Source: an uncultured Clostridia bacterium
GTDB taxonomy: Bacteria; Bacillota; Clostridia; Oscillospirales; Ruminococcaceae
NCBI GenBank assembly: GCA_944387915.1
Contig: CALXGT010000057.1
Location: forward strand, 9,990-73,989
DNA: 64,000 bases
Direction: 5' to 3'
Below are positions 54,308 to 64,000 of the stretch, piece after piece; position 1 is the first letter of the stretch, and the number at the start of each line of letters is the position of its first letter. A model generated the notes under the pieces. That model was not told the DNA's origin and did no database searches. It saw only the letters and a list, made by a program, of their open reading frames with translations. Position numbers and translations under genes: made by a program.

Positions 54308-56122
54308 TTACTCAGCGGAGCTCTCAGAAGAAGATTCGGAAGACTCCATAGCCTCAGAGGACTCAGAGGATTCAGAAGACTCAGATACTTCGGAAGAAGA
54401 AGTGGCATCGTCGCCGGATTCAACAATCAAGTCGGCCAATTTCCACTCTTTGCCGGTGTAACGGTCAACGGAGGTCTGCTTGAGCTCGATGCAGCGATCA
54501 ATGTTCATACCATTGATGGTATTGATAAAAGTATCCCATTCCGCATCGATATCTCTGGTGCCCATGATGAAGGAAACGGTCATTTCCTGAACATAGGTGT
54601 CGATATCGAGGAAGATATCATCGTACTCCTGAGACTCTTCCGCAGTAAAGGAAGCGCCGGCAGGAAGCATGATCGCATCGGTCTGCTGACCCCAGGTCTC
54701 ATAGCCCTTCTGAGACCAGTCGTTGCCGGACAGCTCAAAGTTCTGCCAGGTGGATCTCCAGTCCATATAGCCGATGTCAAAGCTGGGAGCAACAAAAGCC
54801 AAGGCGGAGGTGGTGGTCATACCGGGAGTTTCCGGATGGGTAACCTTATCGGTAAACACATAGTACCACTCGCTGTTCTCGTCTACCGTGTAGCTATCGC
54901 CTTCCAGACCGTAAGAGCACATTACATCCCAATCGTAGGTGTAATGATAATCGATCCACTGCGCCAGGTAAGGCATCTCCTCGTCGGTGACAGAGGTGGT
55001 GGCATATACCGGCTGCAAAGCGATCAGAGCCTGGTAGGTGGTCACAACGGGATCGCCTTCGTTCAGTACGGGAGCAACCATAGGAGACAGATAGAAGTCT
55101 TCGTTAGCGGTAGCGCCGGTATCGTACAGGTAAGAACCAAGGAAACCGTGGAGATAAATGCCCACACCGATTACATCGTTCGCGTAGTTGGTGTTGTCGC
55201 TGGTGAGGTACCAACCGGTGTTGGTGATGAAGTCGGGGTTGATAAGACCCTCGGCGTACCAGTCACGCATCAGAGTCACATACTCTTTGTAAGCATCGGT
55301 GGTAGGACCATACGCAACCTTACCATTGTTCATATAGAAGTCGGAAGTGACACCATACGCGGAAAGGATGCAGTCATAACCCAAAGTACCGTCGCTGTAA
55401 AGATCCATGGTACCGCCATAGTTGTCCTTGAAAGCAACCAGAACGTCATGGAGCTCGTCAATGGTGGTGGGGATCTCCATGTTGAGCTCGTCCAGCCAGT
55501 CCTGACGGATCGCCATACCAGCCCAGCAGGGCTCGTTTTCAATCACGACCTCGTGATTGGCACCATCCACACGGGTACGGATCATATAAGCGCCTACGTT
55601 ATTGCCTTCGTCGGTAACAACAACCTGTCTTACATCCTCATTGGTGGCAATCAGGTTTCTGTAATTGGGCATATAGTACTCAACATAGTGAGTCAGATCA
55701 CGCAAAACGCCATCATCGATACCCGCCTCTTCACCGCCGGGATAAGGGGTGGTACCGCCATCGTAGATCATATCCGGGAAGTCACCGGAAGCCAGCATCA
55801 GACCGTATTTCTCGGTGCCGGCAGTGCTGGGAACACAGGTGTAATCCACATGGATGTTGGTCATTTCTTCCAATTTCTGGATCGCAGTGGTTTCTCCGTA
55901 GTTGGTCATATAATCGCTAGACCAAACACGCCACTGAGTGAAACTCATAGGCTCCTCGGAAATGGGAAGAGTAATCTCGGTCAAGGGCTCGAGAGTATCT
56001 TCTTCCGCCGTCTGGGAGCCTTGGCTACCGCTGTTCGATGAATTGTCTGTATCTTCGCCGCAGGAAACAAAGGCCGTACAGCACATCGAAAGAGCGAGAA
56101 GCAACGTCAACAGCTTTTTCAT
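54308..56122 (-). CDS. Extracellular solute-binding lipoprotein, paralog 2, with an acidic Ser/Glu-rich C-terminal tail
   Basis: MKKLLTLLLALSMCCTAFVSCGE lipobox. ATG 56122 lies behind GGAGG (the track ORF is 50 codons too long). The tail reads DLIVESGDDATSSSEVSESSESSESSEAMESSESSSESSAE. Confidence 0.88.
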   Translation of the reverse strand: MKKLLTLLLALSMCCTAFVSCGEDTDNSSNSGSQGSQTAEEDTLEPLTEITLPISEEPMSFTQWRVWSSDYMTNYGETTAIQKLEEMTNIHVDYTCVPSTAGTEKYGLMLASGDFPDMIYDGGTTPYPGGEEAGIDDGVLRDLTHYVEYYMPNYRNLIATNEDVRQVVVTDEGNNVGAYMIRTRVDGANHEVVIENEPCWAGMAIRQDWLDELNMEIPTTIDELHDVLVAFKDNYGGTMDLYSDGTLGYDCILSAYGVTSDFYMNNGKVAYGPTTDAYKEYVTLMRDWYAEGLINPDFITNTGWYLTSDNTNYANDVIGVGIYLHGFLGSYLYDTGATANEDFYLSPMVAPVLNEGDPVVTTYQALIALQPVYATTSVTDEEMPYLAQWIDYHYTYDWDVMCSYGLEGDSYTVDENSEWYYVFTDKVTHPETPGMTTTSALAFVAPSFDIGYMDWRSTWQNFELSGNDWSQKGYETWGQQTDAIMLPAGASFTAEESQEYDDIFLDIDTYVQEMTVSFIMGTRDIDAEWDTFINTINGMNIDRCIELKQTSVDRYTGKEWKLADLIVESGDDATSSSEVSESSESSESSEAMESSESSSESSAE

Positions 56123-56154
56123 TTTTCTTCCTCCATAAAAAGATTTCCTTTCCG

Positions 56155-56195
56155 CCCATGAAAAAAGGCAGACCTTACATTCTGCCCTTTTTTCA
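56155..56195 (-). promoter_or_regulatory. Strong terminator-like hairpin in the 5' leader of SBP paralog 2
   Basis: catgaaaaaaggcaga-ccttacat-tctgcccttttttcatg: about 16 bp with one bulge, with an A-tract and T-tract included. It ends about 35 nt before the RBS. Confidence 0.5.
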
Positions 56196-56404
56196 TGAAA
56201 ACAAGAAAGGAGGCCATTCATCATGCTTGATGAACGTGTCTTCATGATAACTGATTCAAAATAAAGGGGCAAGAAATAATTTTTTCATTTTTAGACAGAA
56301 TTTATTTTCCCCATCTTTTTTATTAGACAAAAGATTGATTTTTCATAAAAAATCTAATATAATAAATATATTCCTGTAGGTTTTTTGACAAAAGGGAGGT
56401 CTGT

Positions 56405-57262
56405 ATGATCTTTTACGAATCCCATCGTTCTAATAAAACGAAGTATCTCTACCACGAATTTAAGGAAAATTATTCCTACGGTTCTCACCTCCATAAGAGC
56501 TTTGAATTTGCGCTGTGCTTTGAGGGCCAGCTCAAAATCACCGTGGGTTCCAGTACCTCGGTGCTTGGTCCAAACCAGGCCGTTTTGGTGCTCCCCAATC
56601 AGATCCACAGCTACCAGACGATGACCGACCGCCACTTTATGTGCATTTTTTCATGCGACTATGTGAGCGACTTTTACAAGGAAATTCAGGGAAAAACGTT
56701 CGAGGATCCTTTTTTCACCGTTCCCGGCAAGGATTTTGTAAGAGGCTTTCAGTCTGCCAAAAGCACCTTTGAGATCGAATCTCTCCTCTATCATATCTGT
56801 GCCCTCGCCTATGAGAACTGTAAAATGGTGGAACTGAATTCTTCCCATACCGATTTGGTGGAGCGCATTATTTATTATATCCAGGAAAATTACCATGATG
56901 ACATCAATTTAAAATCCATGGCGCAGGAGTTAGGGTACAGCTACAATTACCTTTCATCCTTCATCAATCAAACCTTTGGAACCAATTTTTCTTATTTGCT
57001 GAACATGTACCGAATTGAATACGCCGCTTCTCTCCTTTTAGAGCATCGGCAAAGCATTGCGGATGTGGCCAGCAGCTGTGGCTTTGGTTCTATCCGGAAT
57101 TTTAACCGGATCTTTTCTCAATTTTATCAGATGACTCCCACCGAATACATCAATTCCAGCCAACAGGAAATTTCTACGTTACAAACGCTGCTTTTGCCGC
57201 CGTGGGGATATGAAGACCGACTGATGCAAAGCGGCTTGATACATAAGGAGGAGAAAAAATGA
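56405..57262 (+). CDS. AraC family transcriptional regulator (cupin sensor + HTH)
   Basis: C-terminal tandem HTH (..LKSMAQELGYSYNYLSSFINQ...IADVASSCGFGSIRNFNRIFSQ..). Divergent from SBP paralog 2. Confidence 0.9.
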   Translation: MIFYESHRSNKTKYLYHEFKENYSYGSHLHKSFEFALCFEGQLKITVGSSTSVLGPNQAVLVLPNQIHSYQTMTDRHFMCIFSCDYVSDFYKEIQGKTFEDPFFTVPGKDFVRGFQSAKSTFEIESLLYHICALAYENCKMVELNSSHTDLVERIIYYIQENYHDDINLKSMAQELGYSYNYLSSFINQTFGTNFSYLLNMYRIEYAASLLLEHRQSIADVASSCGFGSIRNFNRIFSQFYQMTPTEYINSSQQEISTLQTLLLPPWGYEDRLMQSGLIHKEEKK

Positions 57263-58815
57263 CAAAACCCTTTCTTTGCACCGGCTTTGAGCCGGTTGTC
57301 CAAACCAGGGAAGGTGCGCTTCGGGGCTTTCGCTTTGGAAGCACCTTCCATTTTTATGGCGTGACCTACGCTACCGCAAAACGGTTTATGCCGCCGAAAC
57401 CGGTAGCGCCATGGGATGGCATCAAAGACGCCCTTTCTTACGGCTACACCGCGCCCCTTTTGGAGGACGGCAACCCGGCTGGGGATATCTTTTCCCCCCA
57501 TCGTTTCTGGCCACAATCCGAAGATTGCCTTTCCCTCAACATCTGGACCCAGAACTTGGATCCTTCCGCGAACCTCCCAGTTATGGTGTGGCTTCATGGC
57601 GGCGGATATATGGCGGGGTCTTCTATTGAGATGCCCGCTTATGACGGAAAAAACCTTTCGGAATTCGGGAATGTGGTTGTTGTAACATTAAATCACCGTC
57701 TCAACGTTTTAGGATTTTTAGATCTTTCCGAATTCGGTGAAGCTTACAAAAATTCGGGGAACGCCGGTTTGGCGGACATTGTAGCCGCTTTAACCTGGAT
57801 CAAGGAAAATATCGCCTCTTTCGGCGGCGATCCCAATAACGTAACCCTTTTCGGCCAGTCCGGCGGCTCGGGAAAAATTCACGATTTAATGCAGGTACCC
57901 GCCGCGGACGCGCTGTTTAATCGGGGCATTACCCAGTCGGGTACCTCCCACGAAGGCGAGCTGCCCTTGGGTTCCACTGAATCCTGCACTATGTTAGCCA
58001 AAGAAATTATGAAATCGGAAGGCCTTTCCTCGGTAGAAGAGCTACAAGCCCTTCCCTGGGAGCGATTGAAAAAAGCCTGCATCAGCGGCATGGAGCTTTT
58101 ACAAAGCCAGGGTGTCATCACCGGATGGGGACCCAAGGTCAACGACTGGTTTTTGGGAGACGGCATCGACTATCCCTTTACCGAAGCCGCTTCTAAAAAG
58201 CCGGTGATGGTAGGAAGCACATTTGCCGAATTTTCTCCCTTCTCCGTGCCGGAAAAACATAATCTCTCTAAAGAGGAGAGCCTTGCGCTCTTGAAAAAAC
58301 GGTTTGGCGATAAGACCGAAGCCGCCGTGGCTCTCTTTTCCAAAGCGTATCCGGACAAGCATATCACCGATCTTCTCAGTCTGGATACCTTTTTACGGCG
58401 TTCCATTTTGGATTTTCTCGATCGGAGAGCTTCTCTTTGCGAGGCGGAAACCTTTAGCTACCTGTTTGCCTTCGACTTTCCCTATGAAGGCGGCAAAACA
58501 TCCTGGCACTGTGCCGAGATCCCCTTTGTGTTCCACAACGCGGAAAACATTCCCATCTGCAACCAACCTCCCGTTTCTCAAAAGCTGGAAAACGAGATTT
58601 GCGGCGCATGGGTAAACTTCGCGAGAAACGGTAATCCCAACCATAAGGATCTCCCCCTTTGGACGCCTTATACCAAAGAACAGAAAGCGACCATGGTCTT
58701 TTCCGACAACACCCGCCTGGCGGCGCCTTTCGACGAGGAATTGATCTCTTTCCTTGTGGAGAATTTTAACAACGCCCCCGCTTTTGCGGTAAACAGCAAA
58801 AAGGACGACAAATAA
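57259..58815 (+). CDS. Carboxylesterase type B (para-nitrobenzyl esterase-like)
   Basis: EDCLSLNIW, VMVWLHGGGY, FGQSGGSG (GxSxG) motifs. ATGA overlap with the AraC gene. Confidence 0.9.
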   Translation: MTKPFLCTGFEPVVQTREGALRGFRFGSTFHFYGVTYATAKRFMPPKPVAPWDGIKDALSYGYTAPLLEDGNPAGDIFSPHRFWPQSEDCLSLNIWTQNLDPSANLPVMVWLHGGGYMAGSSIEMPAYDGKNLSEFGNVVVVTLNHRLNVLGFLDLSEFGEAYKNSGNAGLADIVAALTWIKENIASFGGDPNNVTLFGQSGGSGKIHDLMQVPAADALFNRGITQSGTSHEGELPLGSTESCTMLAKEIMKSEGLSSVEELQALPWERLKKACISGMELLQSQGVITGWGPKVNDWFLGDGIDYPFTEAASKKPVMVGSTFAEFSPFSVPEKHNLSKEESLALLKKRFGDKTEAAVALFSKAYPDKHITDLLSLDTFLRRSILDFLDRRASLCEAETFSYLFAFDFPYEGGKTSWHCAEIPFVFHNAENIPICNQPPVSQKLENEICGAWVNFARNGNPNHKDLPLWTPYTKEQKATMVFSDNTRLAAPFDEELISFLVENFNNAPAFAVNSKKDDK

Positions 58816-58828
58816 CAAAAAGTAAAAC

Positions 58829-58862
58829 GAAAAGAGACGGATTTTATCCGTCTCTTTTTTGT
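58829..58862. terminator. Bidirectional terminator between the convergent carboxylesterase and GH2 genes
   Basis: aaaagagacgga-tttta-tccgtctctttttt. Confidence 0.85.
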
Positions 58863-58922
58863 TGCAATCGATAAAAGGAGGACGCGTCCTCTTCTTTCGG
58901 GATTTCCCTTCTCTTTGCATCG

Positions 58923-61919
58923 TTACGCTTTCGTTTTCTTTCCGCTCGATACCCGGCTTTTCGCCAAGGGACAAACTTCAAATTCCAAAGACATTTCTTC
59001 TTTGGCAGAAAGCTGAAACTCCGGATAGACGGGTGCTCCCCAGGAATTTTCACCGCCGACCCCCATCTGCTTTGCGGCGATCCGCACCCAAGTGTTTTCA
59101 GATTCCGCAAGCTCTTCGCGATGAGCGGCGCCATCCAATTGATACGCATTGTAAGGCAACACGCTCATTTCGAAAGGTTCTGCCGCCGCTTGAAACCGGA
59201 TTCCCCCTCCGTTTTCAGAAAATACTTCCACATATCTGACCCCCATGCGGTTTCCGCATTCCTGGGGATTCAAATACCTTGTAAAATTCTCCTCGGCGGT
59301 GGACGTATAGACTCCGAGCCTCGCTCCCTCTTTTCGATCCCAATAGTTTTCTTCCGGACCTAACCCGTAAAAAGTAAACTGATTATATTCCTTTTTCATT
59401 TTAAAGTCCATAGCCAGTACCGGCATATTGGGAAGCCCTTCCACTCCCGGATACTCTACCTTAATACCGAGCCGGCCGTCGAAATACGCTTTATATACCA
59501 CCTTATATGTAAATGCGGGCACGCTCGGGGAAAGGTAAACAAAGGTAAGCGCTAAATGATCCGACTCTTTTTTCGTGGTACACTGATCCCCGAGTAATTT
59601 CGCGCATTTACCCGCGATTTCCCATTGCGCGTTTTTAAAAGGATATCCCGCGCCGATGTCATTGTCGGTGTGCGCGCGAAAGAAACTGACCTTGGGGACC
59701 CGGGTAATGTATTCCCTGCCGTCGTAAACAAGAGAAGTAACCCCTCCCTCGCGCTGGTCAAACTGCATAGAGAAATTCTCCCCGTTGACGCCGACGCAAA
59801 AATTCCCGTATACAATATCCGCCTGTCCAACCGCCAAAGGCGCTTTCTTTTCTCCGACGGTAAAAACCTCCTGGGCAAAGGAAATTTCGTGCCCCTTTTT
59901 CGCCCAAATGGTATCCTTGGCGGTAACCGCGCTGGCTGTGAGGGTGTATTCCCCGCTCCGGTCGGGAATCGTCAAATCTACCGTTACACTGCGTGCTTCC
60001 CCCGCCAAAACGGTGAGGTGATACGTCCTGGTATCCAGAACCTCTTCTTCCTTTTTCAATGTGACTTGAAATACATAGCCGCTGGTATCAATAAAAAGAT
60101 TCTCGTTTTTGATGGTCAGCACGTTGCCTTTCATATCCATTTTAATGTTGGAATAAAGCTGTTTGACCTCCTGGACCTTGGGAGAGGGGGTTCGGTCCGC
60201 GTAAACGATCCCGTTGGTACAAAAACCGTAATCGGTGGGCCGGTCGCCGAAATCTCCACCATAAGCCAAAACCCCGTTTTTCTCTAACGCCTGGTCGATG
60301 TAATCCCAGATAAAGCCGCCTTGGTATGCCTCATACCGCTCTTCCAAATCGACGCATTGTTTAAGGCCTCCGAGAGAATTTCCCATAGCATGCATATATT
60401 CACAGCTGATATAGGGCTTTCCCGTGTTCTTTTTGAGATATTCCTCGATCTTTTTCGGGCTCAGATACATTCGGCTTTCCATATCGGTAATGGAATCATA
60501 TTTCCGGTTCCATACAACGCCTTCGTAATGCACCAGCCGGGTACGGTCCGTCTGATGAAAATACTCCGCCATCGCCGCAATGTCCTCGCCGCAATGGCTC
60601 TCATTCCCACAGCTCCAGATCAAAACGCAGGCATGGTTTTTATCCCGCTCGTACATAGATTTCGCCCTGTCGAGGACGGTTTCTCTCCATTCGGAAAGGG
60701 ATCCGGGAATAATATTTTTCGACATATTTCCCATGTTCTGCCATGTGCCGTGGGTTTCCAAGTTGGTTTCATCCATAAGATAAATGCCATATTCATCGCA
60801 CAGCCGATACCAAAAAGACTGGTTGGGATAGTGGGAAGTCCGAACCGCGTTGATATTGTTTTGCTTTAGAAAGCGAATATCCCATAGCATATCTTCTTCG
60901 GTCACCGCTCTTCCTCGCGCCCCGTCGAATTCATGACGATCGATTCCCTTAAATACAATTCTCTTTCCGTTTAAGCGCATCAAACCGTCCTTTAGCTCAA
61001 ACCGGCGGAATCCGACCTTTGTTTTTGCCGTCTCTACCATAACCCCGTCTCGATCCGTGACTTCAACAACAAGGGTGTAAAGATTCGGTTCCTCCGCGCT
61101 CCATGGCTTAATGTTGGGAATGACGAAGTTTGTAACCTCCCCGTCGCTTTCGAAAACCAAATTTCCGCGGCTATCCGCCAAAGTGAGACGAAGCAAGCCA
61201 TCGTCTCCGACAACATCGAGAGAAACCGAAAAAATCCCGTTTTGATGTTCCCAATCAAAATCAGCCGTGACTTTCATATCCCGAACATGGATCTTCGGAA
61301 TCCCATACAGATATACATCCCGAAAGATTCCCGAAAACCGCCAAAAATCCTGGTCCTCTAACCAGCTTGCCGTACTATAGCGATACACTTCCACCGCAAG
61401 GACATTGTCCTTCTCTTTTAAGTAAGGCGTAATACGAAATTCGGAAGGGGTAAAACTGTCCTCCGCGTACCCCACAAATTCCCCGTTGAGCCATAGATAG
61501 AAGGCTGTCTCCACCCCCTGAAAGCTAAGATACACTTCCTTTGAGAGCAAATCGGCGTCTACGTCAAAATATTTGACATAGCTTCCCACAGGATTTTGTT
61601 TTTGAGGGATCTGAGGCGGAATAAGGGATTCATGTCCCTCCCAGGGGTATTGCATATTGACATACTGAGGTTTTCCGTAACCTTGAAGCTGAATATGTCC
61701 GGGAACGTTGATTTCCCCAAAATCAGCGGTAGAAAAGCCCACCTTAAAAAAATCTACCGGCCGGTCGGCGGGACGCTCGGAATAGATAAATTTCCAAGTC
61801 CCGTTGAGATATTGCTTTGGCTCTTTGCCGTTTACAAAATAGGAATGATCCGAATGCGCTTTTTCCCGGTTTACTTCAAAAATTCTGGGGTCGGAAAGCC
61901 AGTCGAGAGTCGGTTTCAT
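58923..61919 (-). CDS. Beta-galactosidase, glycoside hydrolase family 2 (LacZ-type, about 1000 aa)
   Basis: DWLSDPRIFEVNRE..., RTSHYPN, WSCGNES (acid/base region), EYMHAMGNS (nucleophile region). C-terminal small-chain domain. Confidence 0.92.
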   Translation of the reverse strand: MKPTLDWLSDPRIFEVNREKAHSDHSYFVNGKEPKQYLNGTWKFIYSERPADRPVDFFKVGFSTADFGEINVPGHIQLQGYGKPQYVNMQYPWEGHESLIPPQIPQKQNPVGSYVKYFDVDADLLSKEVYLSFQGVETAFYLWLNGEFVGYAEDSFTPSEFRITPYLKEKDNVLAVEVYRYSTASWLEDQDFWRFSGIFRDVYLYGIPKIHVRDMKVTADFDWEHQNGIFSVSLDVVGDDGLLRLTLADSRGNLVFESDGEVTNFVIPNIKPWSAEEPNLYTLVVEVTDRDGVMVETAKTKVGFRRFELKDGLMRLNGKRIVFKGIDRHEFDGARGRAVTEEDMLWDIRFLKQNNINAVRTSHYPNQSFWYRLCDEYGIYLMDETNLETHGTWQNMGNMSKNIIPGSLSEWRETVLDRAKSMYERDKNHACVLIWSCGNESHCGEDIAAMAEYFHQTDRTRLVHYEGVVWNRKYDSITDMESRMYLSPKKIEEYLKKNTGKPYISCEYMHAMGNSLGGLKQCVDLEERYEAYQGGFIWDYIDQALEKNGVLAYGGDFGDRPTDYGFCTNGIVYADRTPSPKVQEVKQLYSNIKMDMKGNVLTIKNENLFIDTSGYVFQVTLKKEEEVLDTRTYHLTVLAGEARSVTVDLTIPDRSGEYTLTASAVTAKDTIWAKKGHEISFAQEVFTVGEKKAPLAVGQADIVYGNFCVGVNGENFSMQFDQREGGVTSLVYDGREYITRVPKVSFFRAHTDNDIGAGYPFKNAQWEIAGKCAKLLGDQCTTKKESDHLALTFVYLSPSVPAFTYKVVYKAYFDGRLGIKVEYPGVEGLPNMPVLAMDFKMKKEYNQFTFYGLGPEENYWDRKEGARLGVYTSTAEENFTRYLNPQECGNRMGVRYVEVFSENGGGIRFQAAAEPFEMSVLPYNAYQLDGAAHREELAESENTWVRIAAKQMGVGGENSWGAPVYPEFQLSAKEEMSLEFEVCPLAKSRVSSGKKTKA

Positions 61920-62175
61920 ACATACGCCCTCCTTAAAATAGATTTTTCATCTGTTTTATGCATAAAGCGGTCACTTCTATTTTACCGAAGATCGTTTCAA
62001 AAAGCCATAGCCCGAAGAGAAGAATCCATACAAAAAATGTCCCTGTTTTTTGTAACTCGAAAAGCTCCTGTTTACAAAAAATTGTTTTTCTTCTCTTAAA
62101 AACTTTTTTCCTTTACTTCCCCCATCATTTATTGTATAATCGTACTGGCGGGACAAAATCCCGAAACCGACATAA

Positions 62176-63603
<1,428 letters not shown>

Positions 63604-63625
63604 AGCGCGAGAAAGGAAGAAAAAC

Positions 63626-64000
63626 ATGAAGTGCCTGGTTTTGGACTTTGGCGGCAGTTCGGTGAAATCCTGCGTTATGGATGAAAACGCCAATATGGAT
63701 CAATTTGGCGAAACCCCCGCCCCCGTTTCCGGAGAGCAGGAGCTCATCGATACGGTGGTCTCCATTTACGAAAAACATAAAGACGAAGTTGAGGGGATCG
63801 CCATCAGCTTTCCCGGAATGTTGGATTCGGATACCGGATTCCTTTCCGGTGGCGGCGCCTATGTGATGCTGTGGCAAAAAAATATTCTCGAAATTCTAAA
63901 GCCCCATATTCCCGTCCCCATCTCCATTGAAAATGATGGGAAATGCGGCGCCCTTTCGGAAGTATGGAAAGGAAGCCTTCAGGATACCAACGACAGCGCT
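63626..64000 (+). CDS. ROK-family sugar kinase (BglK-like beta-glucoside kinase); N-terminal 125 codons, since the gene runs off the window end
   Basis: MKCLVLDFGGSSVKSCV... (DxGGT/S phosphate-1 motif) and ...SIENDGKCGALSE (ROK END motif). Sits 22 nt after the GH1 stop. Confidence 0.75.
   Translation, partial: MKCLVLDFGGSSVKSCVMDENANMDQFGETPAPVSGEQELIDTVVSIYEKHKDEVEGIAISFPGMLDSDTGFLSGGGAYVMLWQKNILEILKPHIPVPISIENDGKCGALSEVWKGSLQDTNDSA

Overview
A 64 kb chromosomal segment of about 50% GC. The sporulation genes (ytfJ/gerW, a DUF2953 ytfI-like gene, SleB-like hydrolase, DacB-like carboxypeptidase, M50 protease) suggest a spore-forming Clostridia, possibly Oscillospiraceae/Ruminococcaceae-like; the taxonomy is only an inference. 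I support about 59 protein-coding genes. I saw no rRNA, tRNA, CRISPR array, transposase or integrase. Layout: (1) 1-2.5 kb holds a 12S/BCCP/5S carboxyltransferase operon. (2) 2.6-8.4 kb holds housekeeping and sporulation genes (rluB, PBP5-type carboxypeptidase, ytfJ, interrupted DUF2953 gene, scpB, scpA, M50 protease, rpmB). (3) 8.4-18.2 kb holds assorted accessory genes (GNAT, radical SAM, MATE, DUF1349, dcd, DUF1275, LysR, and a flavin-reductase/flavodoxin triad). (4) 18.2-21.9 kb is a visibly lower-GC block (HxlR, NUDIX, half-size ABC exporter) next to the guaA 3' end. The exporter is preceded by a near-consensus promoter, an 8-codon leader ORF and a four-segment ermC-style RBS-sequestering attenuator. 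(5) 22-30.4 kb holds guaA-purA and a paaK-iorAB-paaK-ACT arylpyruvate cluster. (6) 30.6-41.9 kb holds envelope genes (GHL10 protein with cell-wall-binding repeats, ABC-2 exporter, VOC, GT2+YfhO glycosylation pair, HD nucleotidase, pepD, SleB-like). (7) 42-64 kb is a glycoside/ester utilisation locus. Its most unusual feature is five tandem, co-oriented paralogous EstA-like serine esterase genes with conserved termini and a divergent centre, and a recent conversion tract between copies 4 and 5. The locus also carries an MFS transporter, a domain-permuted GH3, a sixth esterase, a sugar isomerase, two duplicated orphan solute-binding lipoproteins, AraC, a type-B carboxylesterase, GH2, GH1 and a BglK-like ROK kinase. 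All functional calls come from reading translated motifs by eye; no database search was possible.
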